NCBI GenBank assembly: GCA_965197905.1
Contig: CBDAOB010000004.1
Span: 1,888,001 to 1,952,000 of the forward strand
Direction of reading: 5' to 3'
Source of the DNA: Candidatus Latescibacterota bacterium
Lineage (GTDB): Bacteria > Latescibacterota > UBA2968 > UBA8231
Length of the DNA stretch: 64,000 nt
Shown here: positions 20,739-30,225 of the stretch, piece after piece
Position numbering within the stretch: position 1 is the first letter of the stretch
How the letters are laid out: the number at the start of each line of letters is the position of its first letter
Translations under genes and position numbers: made by a program
Notes under the pieces: generated by a model
Seen by the model: the letters and a program-made list of their open reading frames with translations, nothing else
Databases searched by the model: none
Told to the model about the DNA's origin: nothing

Positions 20739-20767
20739 TTGACAGGATTCGGTGCGGCCGTTAAGTT
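20739..20767 (+). promoter_or_regulatory. Sigma70 promoter of the aromatic operon
   Basis: TTGACA (20739-20744), 17-bp spacer, TAAGTT (20762-20767), just upstream of the leader ORF. Confidence 0.7.
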
Positions 20768-20806
20768 GATCGCGACTTACACGAAAAAGAGATTGAGACT
20801 AGCTTA

Positions 20807-20881
20807 ATGAACCACACAAGTTACAGATATTGGCGCCGCTTCTGGTATACCAGTGAAATTGGAGGTGCGCCTACCTGCTAG
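20807..20881 (+). CDS. trpL: Attenuator leader peptide MNHTSYRYWRRFWYTSEIGGAPTC (24 aa)
   Basis: Translated directly from the sequence; 2 Trp, 3 Tyr, 1 Phe clustered; lies between the promoter and a terminator upstream of trpE. Confidence 0.85.
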   Translation: MNHTSYRYWRRFWYTSEIGGAPTC

Positions 20882-20907
20882 TCTGAATCAGTTGAGTTGA
20901 TGTTGAG

Positions 20908-20947
20908 AAACCGCGGGCGCACCAGTTGCGTCCGCGGTTTTCTTTTT
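20908..20947 (+). terminator. Intrinsic attenuator terminator
   Basis: 14-bp stem AAACCGCGGGCGCA / TGCGTCCGCGGTTT (one G-U), loop CCAGT, then TCTTTTT; GGTGCGCC (20864-20871) can pair with GGCGCACC (20916-20923) as an antiterminator. Confidence 0.9.
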
Positions 20948-20996
20948 GGCCCTATGAAATGAGATATCGAGAAGCAGCGCGACCTGGAGACAAACG

Positions 20997-23150
20997 ATGA
21001 GAGAGCGAAGCAACACAATCGAAACCTATACCACCTGCGGAGGGGTCGAGGTAACCCGCCACACCTTGGAGCTTGCGGTCCCGGACGCTTTGGGCGAGGC
21101 GTTGGAGAAGATCAACACTCGTCGCGGTGCCGTATTCGCCAGCGGCTACGAATATCCAGGGCGCTACAGCCGATGGGATATGGCGTTTGTCGATCCGCCG
21201 CTCGAAATCGTGGCCCGACAACGAGAGTTCAGTATCGGGGCGTTGAACGAAAGAGGCACGCGGATACTGAGAATGTTGCGAGGCGCCCTGGAGGGGCTTG
21301 CCCATCTGGATCACCTCGACGCGGGCGCGCGCCGGCTGGAAGGCAGAATCCGGGAAATGCCCAGCTATTTTCCAGAGGAGGAGCGCAGCAAACAGCCGAC
21401 GGTCTTCAGTGTCATGCGATCCCTTGTGCAAACCATGAAATCGACGGTTGATCCCCACCTGGGGTTTTACGGGGCCATGGGCTACGATCTCGTCTTTCAG
21501 TTCGAGCCGATCGAGCTGCGACATATCCGCGATCGGCACCGACCGGACCTGCACCTTTTCCTCCCCGACGAACTGATCGTGATCGACCACCGGAAAGAGC
21601 AGGCCCACTGCTACCAATACGATTTCGCCCAAGAGGGAATCGACACTGCCGGTGTCGAACGCAGCGGCGAAGCGATGCCGCTGACGAAAGGCTCTACGAC
21701 CCCCATAACGAGCGATCACCGACCCGGGGAGTACGCCGAAAAAGTCAAAGAGATCATCGCCGGAACCGAGCGCGGCGACTTCTTCGAGGTAGTCTTGAGT
21801 CAGGTGCTCAGTGCCGGGTATTCAGGTACCCCCAAGGACCTGTTTGAAAACATCCGCGAGCGCAATCCCAGTCCGTACGAGTTCCTGGTCAATCTCGGCG
21901 ACGAGCAGCTGATCGGGGCGTCCCCGGAGATGTTTGTCCGCGTCGAGGGTTCGAAGGTAGAAACCTGCCCCATATCAGGCACAGTTCGACGAGGCGTCAC
22001 GCCGATGCAAGACGCTCAGCGAATCCTGGAGCTGCTCAATTCCGCAAAAGACGAAGCCGAGCTGACGATGTGCACCGACGTTGATCGCAACGACAAATCC
22101 CGGGTTTGTCAACCAGGGTCGGTCCAGGTTGAAGGCAGGCGGCTTATCGAGATTTACTCCCGCTTGATTCACACCGTGGACTACGTCGTTGGCGAACTGA
22201 AGAAGGACTGCGACGGATTCGACGCCTTGCTCTCGCACATGTGGGCTTGCACTCTGACGGGTGCACCCAAACCGGCGGCCATGCAGCGCGTCGAGGATCT
22301 GGAGAACTCGGCACGAGAATGGTACGGGGGCTGCGTCGGCATGGTGCTCTTCAACGGCGACATCAACACCGGGATCACCATTCGCACCGTACACCTGCGC
22401 CAGGGTATCGCTCGAGTGCGTGCTGGTGCGACCCTGTTGTGCGACTCCGATCCGGAAGAGGAGGAGCAGGAGACCCGGACCAAAGCCGAAGCGTTCATCA
22501 ACGCCGTCGTCGGTCAAGATGCGGCGGTCGTGAACCGCGCCTCGCCCGTAGCCGGCATGGGCAACGGGAAACGAGTACTGTTTGTGGATAACCGGGACTC
22601 CTTCGTGCACACCCTTGCCAATTACGTGCGCCAGACCGGTGCTGAAGTGACTACCGTGCGTGCCGGATTTCCCCTCGAGATCATCGCCGAGGTCGACCCC
22701 GGCCTCGTGTTTATCTCGCCAGGGCCGGGGACCCCAAAACAACTGGGGGTGCCGCAGCTGGTGCGGGAATGCTTCGATAGAGAGCTCCCCATGTTTGGAG
22801 TCTGTTTGGGTCTGCAGGGTCTAGTAGAGGGGTTCGGCGGCGAACTAGATGTGCTGTCTTACCCGATGCACGGCAAGACGTCGACGATTCAGTGCGAACC
22901 TAGCGGCATCTTGCGCGGTTTTCCGCCTGAATTCGGCGCCGGCAGATATCATTCGCTATACGCTCGGCAGGACGCCCTGCCCGACTGCTTCAAGATTCTG
23001 GCCAGCACCGAAGACGGCGTCATCATGGCCATCGAGCACCGCGATTATCCAGCGGCTGCGGTGCAGTTTCATCCGGAGTCGATTCTGACCCTGGAAGAGG
23101 ATCTGGGGCTGCGTCTGATAGGGCAAGTGGTGCATCAATTGGCACGATGA
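20997..23150 (+). CDS. trpE: Anthranilate synthase, fused component I + II (TrpE(G))
   Basis: SGYEYPGRYSRWD, NPSPYEF, ETCPISGT, TLTGAPK; C-terminal GATase SPGPG, GVCLG, QFHPES. Confidence 0.95.
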   Translation: MRERSNTIETYTTCGGVEVTRHTLELAVPDALGEALEKINTRRGAVFASGYEYPGRYSRWDMAFVDPPLEIVARQREFSIGALNERGTRILRMLRGALEGLAHLDHLDAGARRLEGRIREMPSYFPEEERSKQPTVFSVMRSLVQTMKSTVDPHLGFYGAMGYDLVFQFEPIELRHIRDRHRPDLHLFLPDELIVIDHRKEQAHCYQYDFAQEGIDTAGVERSGEAMPLTKGSTTPITSDHRPGEYAEKVKEIIAGTERGDFFEVVLSQVLSAGYSGTPKDLFENIRERNPSPYEFLVNLGDEQLIGASPEMFVRVEGSKVETCPISGTVRRGVTPMQDAQRILELLNSAKDEAELTMCTDVDRNDKSRVCQPGSVQVEGRRLIEIYSRLIHTVDYVVGELKKDCDGFDALLSHMWACTLTGAPKPAAMQRVEDLENSAREWYGGCVGMVLFNGDINTGITIRTVHLRQGIARVRAGATLLCDSDPEEEEQETRTKAEAFINAVVGQDAAVVNRASPVAGMGNGKRVLFVDNRDSFVHTLANYVRQTGAEVTTVRAGFPLEIIAEVDPGLVFISPGPGTPKQLGVPQLVRECFDRELPMFGVCLGLQGLVEGFGGELDVLSYPMHGKTSTIQCEPSGILRGFPPEFGAGRYHSLYARQDALPDCFKILASTEDGVIMAIEHRDYPAAAVQFHPESILTLEEDLGLRLIGQVVHQLAR

Positions 23151-23153
23151 GCC

Positions 23154-23720
23154 ATGCTTCTTCTACTTGATAATTACGATTCGTTTACATACAATTTGGC
23201 CCAATATCTGGGAGAACTGGGTAGTGACGTTCGGGTCGTGCGCAGCGATGCCATCCGCCTCGCGGACGTCGATGAACTGGGTCCCGAAAGAATCGTGATT
23301 TCGCCGGGGCCCCGCACCCCGAACGACGCCGGAATCTCGGTGGATGTTGTTCGGCACGTGGCAGGCAGGATTCCTCTCCTGGGCGTTTGTTTGGGACACC
23401 AGGCCATCGGCCAAGCCTTCGGCGGCGACATTTCCCGAGCGCCCGCCATCATGCATGGGAAGACCTCACTCATCCATCACGATGGCAATACCATCTTCCG
23501 CGGCCTCCAAAATCCGCTTACAGCGACGCGGTACCACTCACTGGTCGTGGAGCGCACCACGTTTCCGGACTGTTTGGAGATCTCGGCCGCAACGAAGGAT
23601 GGGGTGATTATGGGGTTGCGCCACCGCTCGTGTCTGCTGGAGGGGGTGCAGTTCCATCCCGAATCGATTTTGACGACCGAAGGCAAGAACCTGCTGAGGA
23701 ACTTCCTCGAGCTGGCGTGA
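23154..23720 (+). CDS. trpG: Anthranilate/aminodeoxychorismate synthase component II (TrpG/PabA)
   Basis: [33 protein letters not shown]. Confidence 0.93.
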   Translation: MLLLLDNYDSFTYNLAQYLGELGSDVRVVRSDAIRLADVDELGPERIVISPGPRTPNDAGISVDVVRHVAGRIPLLGVCLGHQAIGQAFGGDISRAPAIMHGKTSLIHHDGNTIFRGLQNPLTATRYHSLVVERTTFPDCLEISAATKDGVIMGLRHRSCLLEGVQFHPESILTTEGKNLLRNFLELA

Positions 23721-23736
23721 TCGACAGGAGAAGCGG

Positions 23737-24747
23737 ATGATTCAGGAAAGTATCAGTCAGCTGATTGGCGGCAACGACATTGGTCGCGACAACGCCCGCG
23801 CCGTCATGAATCAGATCATGAGCGGTGAAGCTACCGACGCCCAGATCGGTGCCTTTCTGGCGGCCCTGCGCTGCAAAGGGGAAACCGTCGAGGAGATCAC
23901 CGGTTGTGCCGAGGTGATGCGCGAGAAAGCCACGCGAATTTCGACGACCCGGGAAAAGGTGGTGGATACCTGCGGCACTGGCGGCGATGGCTCCAGCTCC
24001 TTCAATATTTCCACGGCGGTCGCTTTTGTGGTCGCAGGTGCCGGCCTCTGCGTAGCCAAACACGGAAATCGCGCCATGTCCAGCAAATGCGGTTCCGCCG
24101 ACGTGCTCAGCGCACTCGGGGTCAACATAGAAGCCAGCCCCGAGGTGGTCAGCGCCTGCCTGGAAGAAGCCGGCATCGGGTTTCTGTTTGCGCCGATGCT
24201 CCACGGGGCTATGAAACATGCCATAGGTCCGCGCAAAGAGATCGGCACCCGCACCGTATTTAACGTCTTGGGACCGTTGACGAACCCCGCTGGCGCTCAG
24301 CGCCAACTCATCGGCGTCTTCTCCCCCGACCTGACGCCCACGCTGGCGGGAGTGCTCAGAGATCTCGGTTCGGTGCACGCGTTTGTGGTGCATGGCTCCG
24401 ACGGATTGGATGAGATAACCATCACCGGGCCGAGTCAAGTCAGTGAGCTCAAAGACGCCGAGGTGACAACCTATGAGATCGCGCCAGAAGAATTTGGCAT
24501 GGAACGGGCAGCCGCTGCCAGCCTGAAGGGGGGTGACGCGAACCAAAACGCGCAGATTCTCCTGGATATTCTAGACGGTGGCGACGGGCCGCGTCGCGAC
24601 ATTGTGCTCCTCAACGCGGCGGCTGCCATAACGGCCGGCGATGCCGCCGCCGGCCTCGCTGATGGCGTTGAACGTGCTCGAGAATCGCTCGATTCGGGAA
24701 ACGCGAAGGCAGCGCTGGAAAACCTGAAACGAGTCAGCAATCAGTGA
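23737..24747 (+). CDS. trpD: Anthranilate phosphoribosyltransferase
   Basis: DTCGTGGDG, FNIST, KHGNRA.SS..GSAD, GLDE. Confidence 0.96.
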   Translation: MIQESISQLIGGNDIGRDNARAVMNQIMSGEATDAQIGAFLAALRCKGETVEEITGCAEVMREKATRISTTREKVVDTCGTGGDGSSSFNISTAVAFVVAGAGLCVAKHGNRAMSSKCGSADVLSALGVNIEASPEVVSACLEEAGIGFLFAPMLHGAMKHAIGPRKEIGTRTVFNVLGPLTNPAGAQRQLIGVFSPDLTPTLAGVLRDLGSVHAFVVHGSDGLDEITITGPSQVSELKDAEVTTYEIAPEEFGMERAAAASLKGGDANQNAQILLDILDGGDGPRRDIVLLNAAAAITAGDAAAGLADGVERARESLDSGNAKAALENLKRVSNQ

Positions 24748-24756
24748 TCGCAGCCA

Positions 24757-25566
24757 ATGGACCCTAGTCTGCCAACCGCCCCTAGAAACGACATTCTCGC
24801 CGAGATCGCGGCGTACAAACGAGAGTTTGTGCTTCAGCGCAAACGCAATCGCACCTTCGACGACATGCGCCGAGCTGCCGACGACGCGGCGCAACCCGAG
24901 GATTTTCGCGCCGCCGTTGCGGCCGGTGGGGTGGCGTTAATTGCAGAGATCAAAAAGGCATCTCCCTCCAAAGGAGTGATTCGCGAGGATTTTGATCCGC
25001 AGAAGATCGCGGCCGAGTACGCTCAGAACGGCGCGACGGCGCTGTCGGTGCTGACGGACGAAGCCTACTTTCAGGGGTGCGATCGCTACCTCCAGCAAGC
25101 CAGAGAGGTAGCTGAGCTGCCGGTGTTGCGCAAAGACTTCACCGTCGATGAGTATCAGATCTACGAAGCGCGGGTGCTGGGTGCGGACGCCATCTTGATC
25201 ATTGTCGCGTTGATGGATGGCGGCCAACTGGGCGATTTTGCGGGGTTGGCCCGCGAACAGGGTTTGACGGCCTTGGTGGAAGTGCACACCAAGGAGGAGC
25301 TCGACCGAGCGTTGGAACAACCGCTTGAATTGGTCGGCATCAACAATCGCGATCTCTCGACCTTCGAAACGAGCTTGGAGACGACGTTCGAGCTGCAAGC
25401 TCACATCCCCGATGGTGTCACGATCGTCAGCGAAAGCGGGATCAACACTCGTGAAGATATCGACCGACTCGAGGCGGCCGGTATCGATGCCGTTCTCGTA
25501 GGCGAATCGCTCATGCGCGAGCGCGACATCGGCGCCAAGGTGAGAGAGCTGTTTTCAGATCGCTAG
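24757..25566 (+). CDS. trpC: Indole-3-glycerol phosphate synthase
   Basis: IAEIKKASPSKG, LSVLTD, LRKDF, GINNRDL, VSESGI. Confidence 0.96.
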   Translation: MDPSLPTAPRNDILAEIAAYKREFVLQRKRNRTFDDMRRAADDAAQPEDFRAAVAAGGVALIAEIKKASPSKGVIREDFDPQKIAAEYAQNGATALSVLTDEAYFQGCDRYLQQAREVAELPVLRKDFTVDEYQIYEARVLGADAILIIVALMDGGQLGDFAGLAREQGLTALVEVHTKEELDRALEQPLELVGINNRDLSTFETSLETTFELQAHIPDGVTIVSESGINTREDIDRLEAAGIDAVLVGESLMRERDIGAKVRELFSDR

Positions 25567-25587
25567 AGGGGCGACTTTATTTCTGAC

Positions 25588-26571
25588 ATGAAAAAGCGCG
25601 TATTTTCGGGGATTCAACCCTCCGGTAGTCTGCATATTGGAAACTACCTCGGTGCCATTCGCAACTGGGTCAACGACCAGGAAACGTATGACAATATATT
25701 CTGCGTCGTCGACCAGCATGCGATAACGGTTCCGTATGACCCTTCTAGCTTGAAGCGCAATGTGCGCGAGGTTATCGGACTCTACGTGGCTGCGGGCCTC
25801 GATCCGGAGAAATGTACGTTGTTTGTGCAGTCGCATATTCCCGAACACACGGAGCTGGCCTGGCTGCTTACCTGCACGACACCGATGGGTTGGCTCCAAC
25901 GCATGACCCAGTTCAAGGAGAAGTCGGAGGGCCAGCGTGAGAAGGTGAGCGCCGGCCTCTTTACCTATCCTGCCCTGATGGCGGCGGATATCCTTCTCTA
26001 TCAATCCCACGGTGTGCCGGTCGGGGACGACCAGAAGCAACACGTGGAGTTGGCTCGCGATCTCGCCCAGCGTTTCAATAATCTCTACGGGGAGACGTTT
26101 GTGGTGCCCGAGCCGATCATTCCCAAAATCGGGGCTCGGGTAATGGGTCTTGACGACCCCACCAGCAAGATGTCCAAATCGGCGGAGAGCCAATGGCACC
26201 GGGTCGATCTCCTGGATGAATCCAGCAAGATCAGCAAGAAGTTCGGTCGGGCGGTTACCGACTCTCAAAAGGAGATCGTGTTCGACCCGAAACGCCCAGG
26301 GGTATTCAACCTGCTGACGATCTACCAGGCGATTTCTGGAGAGAACGCGGAGAAGCTCGAAGCGCATTTTTCGGGGAAAGGGTACGGCGATTTGAAGCGC
26401 GAGGTGGCCGACTTGGTCATTGCGACACTGGAACCGATTCAGGGCAGATATCGTGAAATCACCGAGGACCCCGCTTACATTCCAAGGTTGTTGCAACAGA
26501 GCGTGAATCGGCTGCGGCCCCTAGTAAACGACACCATGTCCAGCGTCCGCGACGCTATGGGATTCGGCTGA
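25588..26571 (+). CDS. trpS: Tryptophan--tRNA ligase
   Basis: SGIQPSG.LHIGNY, YPALMAADIL, VPVGDDQKQH, KMSKS. Confidence 0.97.
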   Translation: MKKRVFSGIQPSGSLHIGNYLGAIRNWVNDQETYDNIFCVVDQHAITVPYDPSSLKRNVREVIGLYVAAGLDPEKCTLFVQSHIPEHTELAWLLTCTTPMGWLQRMTQFKEKSEGQREKVSAGLFTYPALMAADILLYQSHGVPVGDDQKQHVELARDLAQRFNNLYGETFVVPEPIIPKIGARVMGLDDPTSKMSKSAESQWHRVDLLDESSKISKKFGRAVTDSQKEIVFDPKRPGVFNLLTIYQAISGENAEKLEAHFSGKGYGDLKREVADLVIATLEPIQGRYREITEDPAYIPRLLQQSVNRLRPLVNDTMSSVRDAMGFG

Positions 26572-26582
26572 AGGAGGACACA

Positions 26583-26840
26583 ATGGACCTGAGTGACTGG
26601 CGGGCGCGCATCGACACCGTCGATCAACTGTTGGTAGATCTTCTCAATCGACGCATGCGCTATGCGCTTGCGATCGGGGATATCAAACGCCAGCAGGGCC
26701 AGCAAATCTTCGATCCCAAGCGAGAGCAGGAAGTCATCGAAGCAATCAAGGAGTACAACGAGGGTCCCATGACCGGCGGCGCCATTGAGGAGATCTTCGC
26801 GCGCATCATGAAGGAAGCCCGCGAACTGGAAGCACAGTAG
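26583..26840 (+). CDS. Chorismate mutase type II (AroQ class), monofunctional
   Basis: RARIDTVDQLLVDLLNRR, IGDIK, DPKREQEV; AGGAGG RBS. Confidence 0.9.
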   Translation: MDLSDWRARIDTVDQLLVDLLNRRMRYALAIGDIKRQQGQQIFDPKREQEVIEAIKEYNEGPMTGGAIEEIFARIMKEARELEAQ

Positions 26841-26846
26841 GAGGGT

Positions 26847-27946
26847 TTGTTTTCTTTAACCGAGTTGTCATAGTCGGTGTTGGGCTGATCGGCGGATCGT
26901 TCGCTCTCGGTCTCAAACGCACCGGTTTTACTGGCACCGTCGTCGGTGTCAGTCGTGGAGAAACGATTGACCGCGCCCTGGAGTTGGGAGCCGTCGACGA
27001 GGGGTGGGGATATGATCAGCTGGATCGCGCGTTGGAAAAGGCCGATCTGGTCGTGGTGTCTACGCCGATTAAGCGGATCCTCGAACTCTTGGAAGAGATC
27101 GCCGCTCACACCCCCCCGGGGGTTCTGGTAACGGATGTGGGCAGCACCAAACGCAAGATTATGGAACGAGCGCAGAGCGTCCTGACGGGGGATCGACACT
27201 TCGTGGGTGGCCACCCGATGGCTGGCTCGGAAAAGGCGGGAGTGATGGCCGCGGATCCATTTCTTTTTCAAAATGCCATTTACATCCTGGTGCCGGCGCC
27301 CGGGGTGCCGACGTCCTTGTACGGGGAATTTTCGCGGTTGTTGAGGCGCCTGGGCGCCCGCGTGTTGGAGTTGAGCGCGGAAGTTCATGACCAGGTGGTA
27401 GCGGCGATCAGCCATCTACCGCAAGTAATGGCGACGTCGCTGGTGAACTTGGTGGGGCGATTGAACGAAGAATCAGGACATTTCACTACGTTGGCGGCCG
27501 GTGGGTTTCGCGACCTCACCCGCATCGCTTCCAGTCCGTTTGCTCCAGTGTGGAGCGATATCTTCGGCACTAACGCCGACGAGATCCGCGCCATGGTCGA
27601 CCGCTATGTAGAGATTCTGGTCGATATTCGTGGGCGCCTCGAAGACGCCGGTCTTGAAAAGGAGTTTACTTACGCCAATGACGTCCGCGCTACCATTCCG
27701 CGAGATGCCAAAGGGTTTCTGCACACCCTCGAGGAGCTTCTTGTGGTAGCAGAGGATAAGCCGGGTGTGATCGCCGAAATCGCCAACGCGCTCGCCAACC
27801 AGGACATCAATATAAATGATATCGAGGTGATGAAGGTTCGGGAGGGTGAGGGCGGAACTCTGCGGCTGGGATTCGAGGGCGCGGATGCGGCCGAGCGCGC
27901 CCTGCGGGTTCTGACAGACCTCGATTACGTGGCGCGCAGACCCTGA
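26847..27946 (+). CDS. tyrA: Prephenate/arogenate dehydrogenase with C-terminal ACT domain; start codon out of frame or non-canonical
   Basis: In-frame RVVIVGVGLIGGS from 26861, TDVGSTK, GGHPMAGSE, HD...ISHLP, GFRDLTRIA, ACT motif DKPGVIA. Confidence 0.92.
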
Positions 27947-27956
27947 CCGGTAATTC

Positions 27957-29234
27957 ATGAGTGTCCAGCTTAAGCCCGCCGATCGATTGCGCGGCGAGAT
28001 CACGGTGCCCGGAGAGGTCGGCACGGCCGCCCGCACCCTCCTGATCGCCAGCTTGTCCCCCGGTGAAAGCCGTGTGGGCAACGTGCCGCCGCAGGTGGCG
28101 TCCCTCTGCGATTGTCTGCGATCGTTGGGGGTTGAGATCCGTCAAAACAACGGCGAAATGCTGGTATCGGGCCGGGAGGTGGGAGGCCTTGAACCCACGT
28201 CTGCAGTCCTGGACCTGACGGGGGTGGGCACTGCGCTGCCGATCGCGTTGGCGATGCTGGCGGGACAGGCATTCACCAGCCGTGTCCGCCTGGGGGACCG
28301 GATGGCGTTGGCCCGAGAGTTCCTCAAGATGCTCATGCCAATGGGGGTCTCATGGCACTCTATCAGCGATGATCTGATCGAGCTGGGTGGCCAGCCGCTC
28401 AACGGGTGTGAACTCTCTGTCTCCGATCTGGGGATGGAGGAGAAGCTGGCCATCATGGTGGCCGCGCTCCACGCCGCCGGAACCAGTTTGTTGCCGGAAA
28501 ACGCGAGTCAGCGGGAGGGAGCCGTTCAGGCGTTGCGGCAGCGCGGCGTAGTGGTAGAGCGGCAAAAACTGGGGAGCGGATCGTCGTATCAGATCCGCGT
28601 CGAAGGGGGGCAGCCGGTGCAGCCGGAGATCGTCGAGCTGGCCGGAGATCTGCAACTGACTTCGGCATTCCTGGCGCTCGCATTGAGCTTGAACAGATCG
28701 GAGATAACTATTCGCAACGTCGAGGTTCGCGCCGGGCGCCGGTCGTTCTTCGATCTCATGCGCCAGCTAGGAGGTCCGGTCGAACTGGTGAACGAGGAAG
28801 ACGGGAACCATCGTTTGGAAGCCCGATCCGGATCGTTGAAAGCGACCCGAATCGCGGGCAAGCGCGTGGAGAAGTTGCTGGACGAGCTGCCGCTGGTGGC
28901 GGTGGTGGCCACGCAGGCGAAAGGCGAGTTTGTCATTCGCGACATCGAACGTCTTCGCCAGGATCCGCCGGATCGCGTCGCCCACCTCGTAGAGCAGCTG
29001 CGAGCCATGGATGCCAAGGTCGGCGAGTTTCCCGAGGGCATCGTTATCCAAGGCGGCTACCCGTTGCGCGGGGCGCGCATCGATTGCGCCAACGATCCGG
29101 CGCTGGCGCAGGCCTTTGCTGCCGCCGGACTACTGGCCGAAGACGAAAGCGAATTGGAAGGGACCAAGGCGTTGGAGAATCTGAATCCCAAGTTTTTCGA
29201 AACCCTCGCGTCAATAACGGAGGAAAAGAAATGA
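27957..29234 (+). CDS. EPSP synthase (AroA)-like protein with degenerate active-site motifs
   Basis: Collinear with AroA (LRGEITVPG, LRSLGVEI, LAGQ.F, LLDELP, DR, P.FF) but lacks KS, RPM, SAQ, KE and DHR. Confidence 0.8.
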   Translation: MSVQLKPADRLRGEITVPGEVGTAARTLLIASLSPGESRVGNVPPQVASLCDCLRSLGVEIRQNNGEMLVSGREVGGLEPTSAVLDLTGVGTALPIALAMLAGQAFTSRVRLGDRMALAREFLKMLMPMGVSWHSISDDLIELGGQPLNGCELSVSDLGMEEKLAIMVAALHAAGTSLLPENASQREGAVQALRQRGVVVERQKLGSGSSYQIRVEGGQPVQPEIVELAGDLQLTSAFLALALSLNRSEITIRNVEVRAGRRSFFDLMRQLGGPVELVNEEDGNHRLEARSGSLKATRIAGKRVEKLLDELPLVAVVATQAKGEFVIRDIERLRQDPPDRVAHLVEQLRAMDAKVGEFPEGIVIQGGYPLRGARIDCANDPALAQAFAAAGLLAEDESELEGTKALENLNPKFFETLASITEEKK

Positions 29235-29371
29235 GAGGTCTACTGCGGTTGTTCGTTCTGCTCGCCGTCATGTTCTGCGGCGGCATCGTACTGATTCGAT
29301 TGCTCTACGACGTTTCGTGGAGTGAGAGTGTGGAAATCGCGGACCAATTCGTCGAGGATCTCTTCGGTTGA
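29231..29371 (+). CDS. Small single-TM hypothetical protein (46 aa)
   Basis: ATGA overlap with the aroA-like stop and TTGA overlap with the aroE start; RBS GGAGGA; one hydrophobic helix and an acidic tail. Confidence 0.7.
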   Translation: MRGLLRLFVLLAVMFCGGIVLIRLLYDVSWSESVEIADQFVEDLFG

Positions 29372-30225
29372 TATCAGGTCGGACCCGGGTTCTGGGCGTC
29401 ATCGGCGATCCGATAGATCACACCCTGTCGCCGGCTATGCACAACGCCGCGTTACAGGTGCTTGAGTTCGATTGCGTATATCTACCGTTTCACGTCTGCC
29501 CCGCTGGGTTGGGCGAGGCGATCGCCGGCATCCGCGCCCTCGACCTGCTCGGCCTCAACGTCACGGTACCTCACAAACAAGCGGTCATGGACCACCTGGA
29601 CGAGATTGCCGATGAGGCGACCGCCATTGGCGCCGTGAACACCATCGCTCTCACCGACGGTATCCTCACAGGGCACAACACCGACGCTTTTGGCATCCTG
29701 GAGAATCTGCGTTCGGAGGGGGGCCTCGAAACCCTGCCGTCCAGGGTCGTGTTGCTGGGTGCGGGAGGAGCCGGCCGCGCCATCCTCTACGCGTTGCTGC
29801 AGCAAACGGAAGTGCGGGAGATTCTGCTGCTCAACCGAACCGGGGCGAAGGCGGAGTCGCTGGCAAGAGATCTGGATCCGGCTGGGAACCGAGTAAAGGT
29901 GGGATCCCTGGACCAGGATCATGCTGAACAGATCCGCGCTTCCGGATTGCTGATCAACTCCACCGCGGCGGGCATGTTCCCGCAGGCGGAAGTTTCCCCC
30001 CTCGCGGACGGCCGCGGTCTGCACCGCGACATACTGGTTGTGGATATCGTCTACAAACCGCAACGAACCGTGCTTATGGCGCAGGCAGGGAAGGAAGGGG
30101 CGCGCGCCCTCAACGGTCTGGGGATGCTCGCCCATCAGGGAGCACGGTCGTTCTCGATCTGGACCGGTCAGACCCCCCCCGTCGACACCATGATGGAGGC
30201 GGCGCTTGCGTTCATTCAAGGCTGA
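29368..30225 (+). CDS. aroE: Shikimate dehydrogenase
   Basis: GDPIDHTLSPAMHN, NVTVPHK, GAVNT, NTD, GAGGAG, NGLGMLAHQG. Confidence 0.95.
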   Translation: MISGRTRVLGVIGDPIDHTLSPAMHNAALQVLEFDCVYLPFHVCPAGLGEAIAGIRALDLLGLNVTVPHKQAVMDHLDEIADEATAIGAVNTIALTDGILTGHNTDAFGILENLRSEGGLETLPSRVVLLGAGGAGRAILYALLQQTEVREILLLNRTGAKAESLARDLDPAGNRVKVGSLDQDHAEQIRASGLLINSTAAGMFPQAEVSPLADGRGLHRDILVVDIVYKPQRTVLMAQAGKEGARALNGLGMLAHQGARSFSIWTGQTPPVDTMMEAALAFIQG

